From Candidatus Bathyarchaeia archaeon (GTDB lineage Archaea; Thermoproteota; Bathyarchaeia; Bathyarchaeales; Bathycorpusculaceae), in NCBI GenBank assembly GCA_038883855.1, contig JAVZLH010000007.1, forward strand, positions 1 to 49,311: 49,311 bases of DNA, in the 5' to 3' direction. The notes beneath the pieces were generated by a model. The model was not told where the DNA came from. It did not search any database and saw only the letters and a list, made by a program, of their open reading frames with translations. A program made the translations under genes and the position numbers. Positions 39,911-49,311 of the stretch are shown piece by piece (positions within the stretch are counted from its first letter, which is position 1; every line of letters begins with the position of its first letter).

Positions 39911-40279
39911 ATGTTAAACAACTTGCCAAAGAACAGCGAATATGTGTCCAATCCACATATCAAAGCATTAAGGACAGCGTTTAGCAAACAAAGGAGAGAA
40001 GCTGCTATAAAAATCAATAACCTAAGGTTGCGAAAAATAACATTTCATACACTCCGTCACTGGAAAGAAGCATGGGACGTCAAAAAAGTTTTAGGACATA
40101 AATCGCTTCAAAGCACAGAGGTGTACATAAACATTGAGCAAGCGACATTCCAAGTCACAAACGACAAATATCATGTCAAAGCTGCTCACAACCTAAAAGA
40201 GGTCTGTGCTCTACTGGAGGCTGGCTTTTAATACGCCACTGACATGGAAGGCGTTAAAATTTTTAGAAATAGGAAGTAG
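39911..40279 (+). pseudogene. Tyrosine integrase pseudogene (C-terminal part)
   Basis: FHTLRH, LGHKS and catalytic Y (TEVY). N-terminus missing, shortened HxxR-LGH spacing, and an internal TAA at 40229-40231 followed by YATDMEGVKIFRNRK*. Confidence 0.85.
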
Positions 40280-40300
40280 GGGGCTGGTGTGTTATTTATT

Positions 40301-40617
40301 GGGCTGGCGTGTTGGCTGTAACCCGCCTTTTGTTCTATGTGGCATTTGGCTAATCGGGCTACCCGCGCCTCGGGTAGATTCCTCACAGGCGTCTGTTTGC
40401 CCTTTCCACTTGCAGGACGGCCGTTTCACCGTTTCGCATCCAGCATTCTCGACAACTTAGCATGCCTCATTGGCAATTGCTGGATGGACGTTTCGTTTCT
40501 GTTCCGTTGCCAAGGCTCTCGCCTTACGTCCTTGCGGACGTTGCAATTCTACATGTGGGCGGAGTTTCCTCAAGCCTCTCATGGAGGCTCGAAAGCCACA
40601 CGCCAACTCGCCAGCCC
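40301..40617 (-). ncRNA. rnpB: RNase P RNA
   Basis: Minus strand has GAGGAAACTCC and AACAAAAGGCGGGTTAC (P4) with terminal P1 GGGCTGGCG/CGCCAGCCC. Confidence 0.93.
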
Positions 40618-40702
40618 AAAACAAAGTTGCAAGGGGTGGGCAATAAGAGTTTTGGAAGGTTTATTTGCCGCTTCTGCCTATGGATGGTTGATGGGTGCCT
40701 TC

Positions 40703-41287
40703 ATGTCTAGGCGTGTGATTTTGATTACTGGCTCTCCTTGTGTTGGAAAGACTTCTGTGGCGCGTTTGCTCTCTTCAAGGTTGGGAGCATGTTATGTGGA
40801 TTTGACTGATTTAGCCCTAAAAGAGAATATGGTTTTAGGTAAAGATGAAGAGCGAGACTCGGTTATTGTTGATGAGGTCCAAATAAGAAGGAAAATCCGC
40901 GAAATCATTAGTAACCAAGAAAAAGACATAATCATAGATGGGCATTACGCTGCCGCTGTAGCTCCAAAAAAACTTGTGACAAACGTTTTTGTTTTAAGGC
41001 GTAACCCAATTGAACTGCGGAAGCTCATGGAAAACCGCGGTTTTTCTGGGCGCAAACTGTGGGAAAACTTGGCTTCTGAAATTTTGGATGTATGCCTGGT
41101 TGAGGCCTTGAGAGTTTATGGAAAAAGTGGAACTTGCGAGTTGGATGTTTCAGGAAAAAGTGTGGAGGCGGTTGTTGACGAGATTCTTGAAATTTTGCAT
41201 GGACAACGAAAATGTCGTGTAGGTGTTGTGGACTGGTTGAGATTTTTAGAGGTCGAAGGCTTGCTGGATGAGTACTTGAAAATTTAA
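40703..41287 (+). CDS. AK6/Fap7-type adenylate kinase
   Basis: ITGSPCVGKT P-loop, DGH, VLR and ENLASE motifs; start placed at MSRRVIL because the ORF-track extension overlaps rnpB. Confidence 0.9.
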   Translation: MSRRVILITGSPCVGKTSVARLLSSRLGACYVDLTDLALKENMVLGKDEERDSVIVDEVQIRRKIREIISNQEKDIIIDGHYAAAVAPKKLVTNVFVLRRNPIELRKLMENRGFSGRKLWENLASEILDVCLVEALRVYGKSGTCELDVSGKSVEAVVDEILEILHGQRKCRVGVVDWLRFLEVEGLLDEYLKI

Positions 41288-41293
41288 GGGGTT

Positions 41294-41662
41294 TCACCTT
41301 AAACTTGTGAGTATCTGTTGCTTTGTTAACAATATGATTTTTCTGCGGTTTGCATAGGATTTTGCGTGGTCGCTGAACTTCTCACCTATAATAATGGGAT
41401 TTGCCAAGCCCGCATCTTCAGAAGCTTTGTCAAGGCTTATCACTACATTAATGCCTATCGTCCTCTTCCAGTCCCTCACCCAAACTCCATGAGACGCATT
41501 TCCCTTCTGAACTATCAAGTCGAACTTTCTTGAAACTCCGCAAAAGCCTTCAAGAGTAGTTGCTTTGTGTTCTATTTTGTAACCTGCCTTTTTAAAGTAA
41601 CATATTGCTTGCTCCAAAAGCTCGGATGTAGGGCTTTTTTCGGTTTTCTCTTCACTGCTCAT
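41294..41662 (-). CDS. Stand-alone Mrr-like restriction-endonuclease-fold protein
   Basis: LEQAICYFKKAGY...FDLIV...FSDHAKSYA pattern. Confidence 0.65.
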   Translation of the reverse strand: MSSEEKTEKSPTSELLEQAICYFKKAGYKIEHKATTLEGFCGVSRKFDLIVQKGNASHGVWVRDWKRTIGINVVISLDKASEDAGLANPIIIGEKFSDHAKSYANRRKIILLTKQQILTSLR

Positions 41663-41726
41663 TTGCCCCTCATCTAGGTTAAACGTTATTTAGCTGGGTG
41701 TGGAAAAGGTTTTCGGAGACGAAAAC

Positions 41727-41927
41727 ATGAAGCCGATCGTGATAGTTGCTTGCAACAAGTGCGGCGGGCTTCTTCTGGCAAATACGAAGCATAAAACTAG
41801 AGCATGTCCGTACTGCGGCTCAAAAATCACCATTGAAAAGGCTGAAAGAGTGGCTTCAGCCGAAAACACCCAAAAAGCATTCATAATGCTACAAGAGTTG
41901 AAGAGGAAAAGGAAAGTGAAAGAATAG
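41727..41927 (+). CDS. Zn-ribbon protein (DUF1922-like)
   Basis: CNKCG...KTRACPYCG. Confidence 0.75.
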   Translation: MKPIVIVACNKCGGLLLANTKHKTRACPYCGSKITIEKAERVASAENTQKAFIMLQELKRKRKVKE

Positions 41928-41932
41928 AGATC

Positions 41933-42689
41933 TTAAGCGCCCAAGGCTATTTTGAGTTGCGCCATTAATCCTATACCCATCACAATTGTTAAAAACTGAA
42001 CAAGCGACTCTCCAGCATGAACGCGTTTATGGAGTTCTGGCATGAGGTCTGTTGCGGCAATGTAAATGAAGCCTCCAGCCGCAAAAGGAACTAGAATAAC
42101 TCCTATGCTTTGCAAATATGTCAAGTAATAGGTAGTTACTGCACCCACGACTCCTGTTATGGCTGATAAAAAGTTGTAGGTTAAGGCTTTTTTCTTGCTT
42201 AAGCCTCCGTAAATTAGAACCGCAAAATCGCCTATTTCTTGCGGTATTTCGTGGGATATTACTGCAAGCGTTGTGGCAAAGCCAATTGTATAGTTGCCGC
42301 TTTCAAAAGCAATCATGTATGTGGATGCAATTATCATACCGTCAATGAAATTGTGGAGTCCATCCCCTATCAAGTTTAAGTAAACAAAGGTGTGAACTGG
42401 ACATTCTTCCTCGTGGTAGTGACGCCAATAAAAGAATTTTTCTAATGTAAAAAACGACGATACCGAGAATAACATAATAGAACGTAACTATTTGCGTCGT
42501 ATCTTCGCGTATGGCTTCTGGGAGCAGATGGAGAAATGCGCCGCCGAGAAGAGTCCCGGAAGAAAACCCAACTAAAGCCCTTAATACACGTTTCAACAAG
42601 CTCTCTTTTAAGCCTATAAAGATTACCCCTATGAAAGCTATGAGGCTCACTGCCACTACCGACGCCAAAATCGCAGTTAAAACATCCAT
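41933..42689 (-). pseudogene. ZIP-family metal transporter, frameshifted
   Basis: N-part (GTLLGGAFLHLLPEA) is in ORF 42342-42689 and C-part (DGLHNFIDG, HEIPQEIGD) in ORF 41933-42475; the shift is at a 6-A run, 42449-42454. Confidence 0.85.
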
Positions 42690-42731
42690 AGATGTTTCGT
42701 CAACCCTTCTCGCTTATTAGAGTATCGGTTT

Positions 42732-43682
42732 TTACGTGATTTGCTTAAGCATCTGGCAACTTCTACAAATTTTTTCCGCAGAAGGCTCCCCACATTCAGC
42801 ACATTCTCTAAACCCTTCTCGCTTAGCCATCTTTTCCAAGACTGGTCTCATTTTTTCCACAGACTTAAAAATTGTAAATTTTATTCCTGCGTGTTTTTCC
42901 TCCATTCTGTTAAGCATCATGCGGATGTCGTTTCTTAATGCTTCTGAAGCGTAGGGACAAGGCATGCTTTGAAACTTTATTTTTTTAATGTACGCGTAAA
43001 GAGCTGTTTCTTTTTCCGGTATTTCACAGAAAGGTCTAACCTTCTGCACGAGTTTCGGATGGTTTTCGTCTGTTACAGGTTTTTCTCTTGCTATGCGCAT
43101 GATGTCGCCGTGAAAAATGTTGAGAAGGAATGTTTGCACCTCATCATCGAGGGTATGGGCCGTTGCAATCTTGTCTGCTCCAAGTTTTCTGGCGGTTATG
43201 TTTAATGCTTTTCTCCGCAATACGCCGCAATATGCACAAGGCGTCAAACCCTCATCTTTCTTCTCTTTCAAACGCTTTACGATTTCATCCAGCGTGCAGC
43301 CATAAAGTTCCTTGAAGGACGTCACATGATGTTCTACGCCGAGTTTTTTGCAGTTTTCCGCAGCTATGTGGAGGGCTTCGTCTCTATAGCCTTTTATTCC
43401 CTCATCAACTGTAATTGCCGCCAAGGATGCTTTCGGGTAATCCCGCTCTATTTTTGCCAGCACATGGAGTAGGCTGACGCTGTCTTTTCCGCCTGAAACT
43501 GCAACGGCTATTTTATCATCAAACTTAAACATTTGGTATTTTGCTATTGTTGCCCTCACCTTTTCTTCGATGGATTTGGTGAAGCATCCTCTGCAAAGTT
43601 TTTCGCCAGAGTACCGCCTAAAAAAGAAGGCCTCGGCACGTTTGCAAACTGTGCAAACATCAGCGTTCATTTTCTCGTTCAC
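42732..43682 (-). CDS. tRNA 2-thiolation protein (TtuA/Ncs6, TIGR00269)
   Basis: SGGKDS PP-loop, CAYCGVLRR and AHTLDD motifs, terminal Zn fingers. Confidence 0.93.
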   Translation of the reverse strand: MNEKMNADVCTVCKRAEAFFFRRYSGEKLCRGCFTKSIEEKVRATIAKYQMFKFDDKIAVAVSGGKDSVSLLHVLAKIERDYPKASLAAITVDEGIKGYRDEALHIAAENCKKLGVEHHVTSFKELYGCTLDEIVKRLKEKKDEGLTPCAYCGVLRRKALNITARKLGADKIATAHTLDDEVQTFLLNIFHGDIMRIAREKPVTDENHPKLVQKVRPFCEIPEKETALYAYIKKIKFQSMPCPYASEALRNDIRMMLNRMEEKHAGIKFTIFKSVEKMRPVLEKMAKREGFRECAECGEPSAEKICRSCQMLKQIT

Positions 43683-43744
43683 TCAGCATTTCAGAATTAC
43701 TAAAATAAACCCAGCTACAATAGCTTTTTGAAAGAGGCAAGGCG

Positions 43745-44451
43745 ATGGCGAAAAAACCACTAAGAAGCACGGATTTAAAAGAGGTTACTTATGACGCTGA
43801 GCACTGGGCTTTACTTAAAAAGTTTAGAGAAAAAGCATCTTGGATAATGGAAGCTTTAGAGAAAAACAGCGTTTACAGCATAATCCACGGAAGCATAGCT
43901 AGAGGCGACGTAAACGCCAAAAGCGACATAGATGTTTTCATTCCCTTTCAAGTTTCTTCTTTTATGGTGAAACAGCCTTAGGAAAAGCTGGAATGCCAAT
44001 CGTTAGAAGAACTGTTGTGCAAGCTACGCCAACCTACGCCATGAAAGCATATATAGAGATAGATGAAAACACCAGGGTCTCCTTCCCGCTGATGAAGATG
44101 CGCAAAGTGGAAATGGAATTTTACAAGTTTGGCGGCGAAGCCACATTAAAGGATTTGAAGAATGGCGTGAGGGTATGCGGAGTTGATAAACGTTTACTCC
44201 TAATTGAGCCAACAGAGAAAGGGCATAGAGAAAGCACTATCGTTGGACGCGAAGAACATGTTGCAAAACTTCTCGGAATATCTGTGGAAACAGTTTTGGA
44301 CCGCGTCCACACCCTATTAAGAAGAGACGAAGTGGGGAGAACAGGCGTTTTCATAGAGAGGGAACTTTTGGAAGGTGAAACCTTTGAAATGGTTTTGAAG
44401 AGACTCGCCGATAAAAATCCAGCGGTTCGAAGGAGATTAAAAGCAGTCTAA
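43745..44451 (+). pseudogene. Minimal nucleotidyltransferase-domain protein (COG2413-like), frameshifted
   Basis: HGSIARGDV..SDID in the first ORF; QATP, FYKFGG, GVDKRL and GRTGVF in the second. One extra base near 43968 would restore MVETALGKAGMP. Confidence 0.82.
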
Positions 44452-44458
44452 GCAAGCG

Positions 44459-45535
44459 CTAGTGCAATGAAAACCTTAGAAGGGCGGCTATTCCACCTAA
44501 AGAGACAAGTTTCGCACCAGCTTCATGCTCCGTGCTGACAACAATTATTTTTCCGCCCTTTTCCTCAACTTTCTTCATCAAATCCTCTATGAGAAGTCGC
44601 TTTTCATCTGAAGCTTCACGCAACACTATGTCAGCTAAAACAAGCCTTTCCACAGCGCCCAACTCCACAGCCCTCTCAACATCTTCAAACCCATAAGTTA
44701 TGGTTGGTTCGCCTTTGCCGAGCCTTTTCAAAATCTCTTCCATAACCTCTGTTTCTTCGATTACTCGAAGTTTTTTGGCGGTTTTCAAAAGCACTCCTGA
44801 GCGCATTGCCTCGTGAATTCCAGCTACTCCGCTGTTGTTGACGCTTTTCACATCCACAACGGATTTGGCGATGTCTCCAGCTTCGTTTTCAACGAACTTT
44901 GCGAAGTCGTTTTTCACAAAACCCACACCTATGATTACTATTGGGTAATGCGCTGCATCCCAAACTTGTCGTAGGCTTTGCAACGCCTTGTTGAAGAACT
45001 CTTTCATTGCAGAGCTTCTTTTTTCAGTTTCAAGTTTTCCCGGAAGCCTTATGTTTTCTTCCGCTTTCACGTCAACGCCGTACTGGGCTGTTGTCGCTAT
45101 AGCGTAGCCGTCATCATCGATGGCAACTATTATTATTGGTTTTTCGGTTGTTTTGCTTGCCTCTTTCAAGCGCTCAATGTGATGTTTAGCCCACTCCTTT
45201 TTCACGATTGTGGCGGGAGTGTTTAGGGCTATATTAAGAGTGTGATGCGCCCCTTTTGGAACTATTTCTGGCGCCTCGCAGATGGTTCCGTGAACCCTCA
45301 GTTTTCCAAGAATCTTGTCCCATGAAACCTTCTCAACCCTAACCCCTAGAAAAACGGAAACTCTTTCTTCCCGTCCTGGTCTCGCATATTTCTCGTTTGG
45401 TTTTAGTTCCCGTGTTGTGTAGGCGTAAACCTCGTCGCCTTTGTAAATGATGTTGTATAAGTGCCAAAGGTCATCGAAAGTTTCGGGGATAACCTTAACA
45501 AAGCCCTTTTTCAAGTTCATTTCCAAAATTTTCAA
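44459..45535 (-). CDS. pelA: Pelota (mRNA surveillance / ribosome rescue)
   Basis: PETFDDLWHLYNII, GAHHTLNI and LGGIAALLRF motifs. Confidence 0.95.
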   Translation of the reverse strand: MKILEMNLKKGFVKVIPETFDDLWHLYNIIYKGDEVYAYTTRELKPNEKYARPGREERVSVFLGVRVEKVSWDKILGKLRVHGTICEAPEIVPKGAHHTLNIALNTPATIVKKEWAKHHIERLKEASKTTEKPIIIVAIDDDGYAIATTAQYGVDVKAEENIRLPGKLETEKRSSAMKEFFNKALQSLRQVWDAAHYPIVIIGVGFVKNDFAKFVENEAGDIAKSVVDVKSVNNSGVAGIHEAMRSGVLLKTAKKLRVIEETEVMEEILKRLGKGEPTITYGFEDVERAVELGAVERLVLADIVLREASDEKRLLIEDLMKKVEEKGGKIIVVSTEHEAGAKLVSLGGIAALLRFSLH

Positions 45536-45565
45536 AGCGCTATCTCTTCCGTATACGCCGTTTTA

Positions 45566-46501
45566 CTAGGGCATCCTGCTCAATGTTACTTCAAAGAAGT
45601 GCTCTCTGCCTTGACGTAAGATGAAAATCTTCACTTTATCCCCAATTTGCCTTTTATGAATCTCTTTCACAAAGTCTTCAATGCTGTCAATCGTGACATT
45701 ATCCATTCCGAAGATTATGTCTCCGGCAACTATTCCCGCATCTTCTGCGGGGCTTCCCTCGGCAATTTTTGTGACGAGAACCCCTCTATTAACTGGCAAT
45801 CCGTAGTAACGAGACAACTCCTCCGTTATAGTCAGCCCTATTATCCCAAGCCAAGGTCTAGCGGAAATCTTCTTAGTTATTATCTCGTTCGTGCAGTTCT
45901 TCGCCAAGTTTATTGGAATCGCAAAGCCTATCCCATGCGCAAATGGAATTATGGCAGTATTTATAGCAACAACCCGTCCATCAACATCCACAAGTGGACC
46001 GCCACTATTTCCAGGGTTTATAGCCGCGTCAGTCTGCACAAGGTTTTCCAAGAGACCCTTAGGCGATTCTATGGTTCTTTTTACAGCACTTATTACCCCC
46101 GAAGTTACTGTTGGTCCGCCAGCCAGCCCGAACGGATTTCCTATGGCGTAAACTCGTTGTCCGACTCTTAGCTTGCTTGAGTCCCCTAATTCTGCTGCCA
46201 CAAGGTTTTTTCCGTCGACTTTTACAACAGCTATGTCATGTAGAGCGCAGACGCCGACGATTTTTCCATCTAAGACTTCGCCATTCCATAACGTAACAGC
46301 AATTTTTTCAGCTCCCCGCACCACATGATTATTTGTTAATATGTAACCCTTAGCATCGATTATTGTGCCTGAACCCATTCCTTCAACGGGCACTACTTGA
46401 TAAAACATTGTTTGAACAAGCCTCACAGTGCTTATGTTAACAACACTTTTGCTTACCTTTTCAAGAATGTCGAGAATACGGCTTTCATCAGTTGAAGACA
46501 A
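45566..46501 (-). CDS. HtrA/DegP-like serine protease with PDZ domain
   Basis: TNNHVV, DIAVV and QTDAAINPGNSGGPL motifs; C-terminal PDZ. Confidence 0.94.
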   Translation of the reverse strand: MSSTDESRILDILEKVSKSVVNISTVRLVQTMFYQVVPVEGMGSGTIIDAKGYILTNNHVVRGAEKIAVTLWNGEVLDGKIVGVCALHDIAVVKVDGKNLVAAELGDSSKLRVGQRVYAIGNPFGLAGGPTVTSGVISAVKRTIESPKGLLENLVQTDAAINPGNSGGPLVDVDGRVVAINTAIIPFAHGIGFAIPINLAKNCTNEIITKKISARPWLGIIGLTITEELSRYYGLPVNRGVLVTKIAEGSPAEDAGIVAGDIIFGMDNVTIDSIEDFVKEIHKRQIGDKVKIFILRQGREHFFEVTLSRMP

Positions 46502-46594
46502 ACTTTATCCCCGAAAACGTTTAAGAAAGGTTATACTTCTTCCTTGTTTAAAGCTTTTCTTCGAAAACCTCCAACAACCAAAAGCTTACGCACT

Positions 46595-47089
46595 TTAACC
46601 TCCGGGGGCTCCGTGGAACGGGACATTTTTCCAAAGAAGTTCCCACCAGTCTTCTTCTGTTATTGTTTCACCCTTGACAATTATGTTTAAGACCACTCTT
46701 AGCAGTTCATGATGTCTCTTCTCGTCCTCTAAAATCGCGCTTAAGAGAAGTTTAACCTTGTTATTTTCAATTGTGGGTATCACTTTATCCAGCTTCTTAA
46801 TTAACTCCGCCTCAATTTCTATATGTTTTTCCACAAGCTTCCTTTGCCTATCTAAATTCTCTTGCGTCAATGCTTGAGAAACACCTGTCATTAAGGTTAT
46901 TGCTGCATTGTAAAGCTCCGCGTGTTTTATAGAGTCAAGGGATATCCCCTTCAAAACCCCCTTTACTGGAGGGTTTTTTACATCCACTAAGCCGTTGTTT
47001 AAGGAATCGACAATTTCATTTTCGACAACAATTTGCTTTTTGAGAAAATCAACCAATTTCTTATCTGAGCCCAAAACTTTTGCCTCCAT
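46595..47089 (-). CDS. Ferritin-like di-iron protein
   Basis: Two helix pairs with DSIKH and EDEKRH. Confidence 0.82.
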   Translation of the reverse strand: MEAKVLGSDKKLVDFLKKQIVVENEIVDSLNNGLVDVKNPPVKGVLKGISLDSIKHAELYNAAITLMTGVSQALTQENLDRQRKLVEKHIEIEAELIKKLDKVIPTIENNKVKLLLSAILEDEKRHHELLRVVLNIIVKGETITEEDWWELLWKNVPFHGAPGG

Positions 47090-47092
47090 CCT

Positions 47093-47545
47093 TTAAATAT
47101 GACGAAGAGCGTGCATAAGTCTTTCGGAAATCTTCCTTCCAAACGTCCTGCACTTTTCTAGACCAGTAATGTCTGGCGTATACCTAATTAATAGTGGAGG
47201 TCCAGGCACTTCCATGCCAAACTTGTTCTTCATAATCTCAATCACAAGCTTTGGTGCCTCTCCGCTCCAACCGTAAGAGCCGAAGGCAGCGCCAAGCTTG
47301 CCCCTCAAGTCAACGCCTTTAACGGCGGCTTCTTCAAAGAGCATTTTCATGTCTAAGGGCATTTCATGATGGTATGTTGGAGCTCCTACAATTATTGCAT
47401 CAAAGCTGCTTAACATCTCAGGCTCAACATGATAGTCTAGCTCTACGTCAACATCGCTAACTGTTTTGACTCCTTCCGCCACTGCTTGAGCCATCTTCTC
47501 AGTGTTTCCAGTGCGGCTATAGTAGAGAACGAGAATTTTAGGCAT
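47093..47545 (-). CDS. Flavodoxin-domain protein
   Basis: YYSRTGNTEKMA and FGSYGWSGEA motifs. Confidence 0.92.
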   Translation of the reverse strand: MPKILVLYYSRTGNTEKMAQAVAEGVKTVSDVDVELDYHVEPEMLSSFDAIIVGAPTYHHEMPLDMKMLFEEAAVKGVDLRGKLGAAFGSYGWSGEAPKLVIEIMKNKFGMEVPGPPLLIRYTPDITGLEKCRTFGRKISERLMHALRHI

Positions 47546-47652
47546 AAATCGTCACCATCAATCATGGATAACGCATAAGTAAGGATATGAAACTTACCAT
47601 ATTTTACTAAAACTCCGGGACATCTAAAGGCAAATTATGATTCATTTTGGAT

Positions 47653-48279
47653 TTACCTTTTTACTGCGATTAGCCTCCAAAGGCTTGCCAAAAATCTTCT
47701 GATGTCTATCAGGAATGACGCCGAGAAAAGCACTAGAAACAGAATGTGCGGTGGCACTAATGCTAGTGGGACATCCATTGGAAATGCCAAAAAGGTGGGT
47801 AAAAGCACAGTGCATATAGGTATTGAGAGAAGTAAATTTGAATTGTTGGGTTGAAGTAAAATTTGTAAGTCCTTGCTCCTTATGAGAACAATTGCCGCAG
47901 TTAGGAATAAAATCCATTCGAAAATTATGTTTGTGAAGCTTTTAATGCTGATTTCGATACCATAAAGTTGTGATGTAAGCGGCCAAAAAAGCTGTGTTCT
48001 CCCGCCTGCAATAAAATCGCTAATCAAAGAATGTTGAATATAAGCTACGAAATATGGAAGAGCGTTTTTGCTCCATATTGCAAATAACGGTATAAAAATT
48101 ATAGTCGCCGCAATAATTGAGTGGGTGGGTCCACGATGTTCTAAAGGCGTGATTAATATGTCAATGTCCGGAAGGACGGAAAGCGTAAAAACTAGTGGAA
48201 TATTTAATTTTGTTTTCGTAAATTTTGCAGTTAGCTTGCCGAATATGTACCCGAGGGCAAAGTGTCCAACTGCAAACGA
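47653..48279 (-). CDS. YdjM-like membrane metal-dependent hydrolase; apparent TCG start
   Basis: The frame stays open 84 codons upstream of the ORF-track start: (S)FAVGHFALGY...LPDID...HRGPTHS...QHSLISD...LFWP; GGAGG 8 nt before the TCG. Confidence 0.85.
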   Translation of the reverse strand, partial: SFAVGHFALGYIFGKLTAKFTKTKLNIPLVFTLSVLPDIDILITPLEHRGPTHSIIAATIIFIPLFAIWSKNALPYFVAYIQHSLISDFIAGGRTQLFWPLTSQLYGIEISIKSFTNIIFEWILFLTAAIVLIRSKDLQILLQPNNSNLLLSIPICTVLLPTFLAFPMDVPLALVPPHILFLVLFSASFLIDIRRFLASLWRLIAVKR

Positions 48280-48603
48280 TTTGTTCTCCTCCCTTTTTCG
48301 CTTAATGACACCAGCTGGGTTAATAAGTTTATAGTGTCATTTGAAGTGTTTAGCAGCCGCCAGACTTCTGCTGGACAGAATAGCTGCCAACACCGTCAAA
48401 ATATTCATAAACAGATTTTGCTAGTTTAGTTCTGGCCTTTTTCTTCGTTTTCCTCTCCACTTTGCTTATTATTTTTGTTGTTTTGTGGACGATTCATGAG
48501 GAGTTAGAGTGTGTATGGAAAGTTTTGTGTTGTGTATTTGTGTTGATAAAGTCTACAACAATGTTTATTAAGACGCACGATTTACGATTAAGGTGGTGAG
48601 AAA

Positions 48604-49050
48604 ATGGCCATGCAAAGAATCAGTTTAGGGGCTTTGTTGGCGATAGCCGCAGTAGGCGTCATAGCAAGCGCTTTAGGCGCGCTCATGGCATCTTACACCT
48701 TCAATAATACTGCAACTGTTAGGGCTGCTGGAGTAAGCGTTTATTGGTATAGTAACCGCACAAGCCCCGTCACAGCCATAGATTGGGGAAACATAGCCCC
48801 CGGAGAAACTGCCACAAAGACAATTTATCTATACAACAACGGCACTATAGCCGTCAAATTAAGCATGACAACAGGACAGTGGTCTCCTGCAACCGCTGCA
48901 AACTATATTACAGTGAATTGGAACTGCACAGGCCAAATATTAAGCCCCGGCGCTGTTGTCTGTGCAGCTTTAACCTTAAACGTGTCTCAAAACATCAGCG
49001 GAATTACAAGCTTCTCATTTAACATAGTTATAACAGGAACAGAACAATAA
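48604..49050 (+). CDS. Secreted/surface beta-rich protein
   Basis: Hydrophobic N-terminal signal; IDWGNIAPGE...IYLYNNG; several NxS/T sequons. Confidence 0.75.
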   Translation: MAMQRISLGALLAIAAVGVIASALGALMASYTFNNTATVRAAGVSVYWYSNRTSPVTAIDWGNIAPGETATKTIYLYNNGTIAVKLSMTTGQWSPATAANYITVNWNCTGQILSPGAVVCAALTLNVSQNISGITSFSFNIVITGTEQ

Positions 49051-49096
49051 CGCTCTTTTTCTTTAATGACAATATTTATCAGCGTTCTGGCGTGAT

Positions 49097-49303
49097 TCAG
49101 AAAGGTTGGAATATGCGCATGATCACTGTAGCCATAAACCCTATTCCTAAAGCTAACGCCACTAGTCTAAGACGATTTTTTTCAATTACAATGTTACGCG
49201 AATATTCTGTTGCTGAAGATATAAGCTCAGAAGTTATCAAAAGAATAATTGCCATAACAGCCAGCCAAAGGCTTATGTCTGACATAGACATTGGAAAATT
49301 CAT
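49097..49303 (-). CDS. Small two-TM membrane protein
   Basis: DISLWLAVMAIILLITSEL...RLRLVALALG. Confidence 0.65.
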   Translation of the reverse strand: MNFPMSMSDISLWLAVMAIILLITSELISSATEYSRNIVIEKNRLRLVALALGIGFMATVIMRIFQPF

Positions 49304-49311
49304 GTCTTAGC

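Noticed and set aside
40229-40231. Programmed readthrough in the integrase
   Set aside because: The stop is TAA at a position that is Glu (GAA) in the paralogous remnant, and the gene is also truncated, so ordinary decay is the simpler explanation.
40337-40702. N-terminal extension of the adenylate kinase ORF, and ORFs 40206-40460 and 40462-40710
   Set aside because: They are antisense to the RNase P RNA gene; the P-loop domain starts at 40703.

Overview
Archaeal chromosomal window. Gene content and family styles suggest TACK, most likely Bathyarchaeia; this is inference. The left ~4 kb is an AT-rich accessory region at the 3' end of a two-intron tRNA-Trp. It is built from tandem units bounded by repeats that contain the tRNA's last bases, and its cargo looks defence-related: a RelE/PBECR-like nuclease, a wHTH protein, a HEPN-motif protein, a GIY-YIG nuclease and an integrase remnant. 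Next comes an uncharacterised module of two nucleotidyltransferases, a metallophosphoesterase and an APC permease. The remainder is mostly housekeeping: 5S rRNA, map, trpS, pheST, tyrS, dnaG, polB, ferredoxin/rubredoxin/nrdJ, a copper cluster, a Ca2+ ATPase, hppA, tRNA-Ser, RNase P RNA, AK6, a tRNA thiolase, pelota, HtrA and redox genes. The most notable signals are the tRNA-anchored cassette-like array, two genes whose apparent start codons are ACG and TCG behind strong SD sites, a PolB with degenerate exonuclease motifs, and a two-hairpin guide-like ncRNA upstream of tyrS. All product calls come from motif recognition only; no database searches were run.
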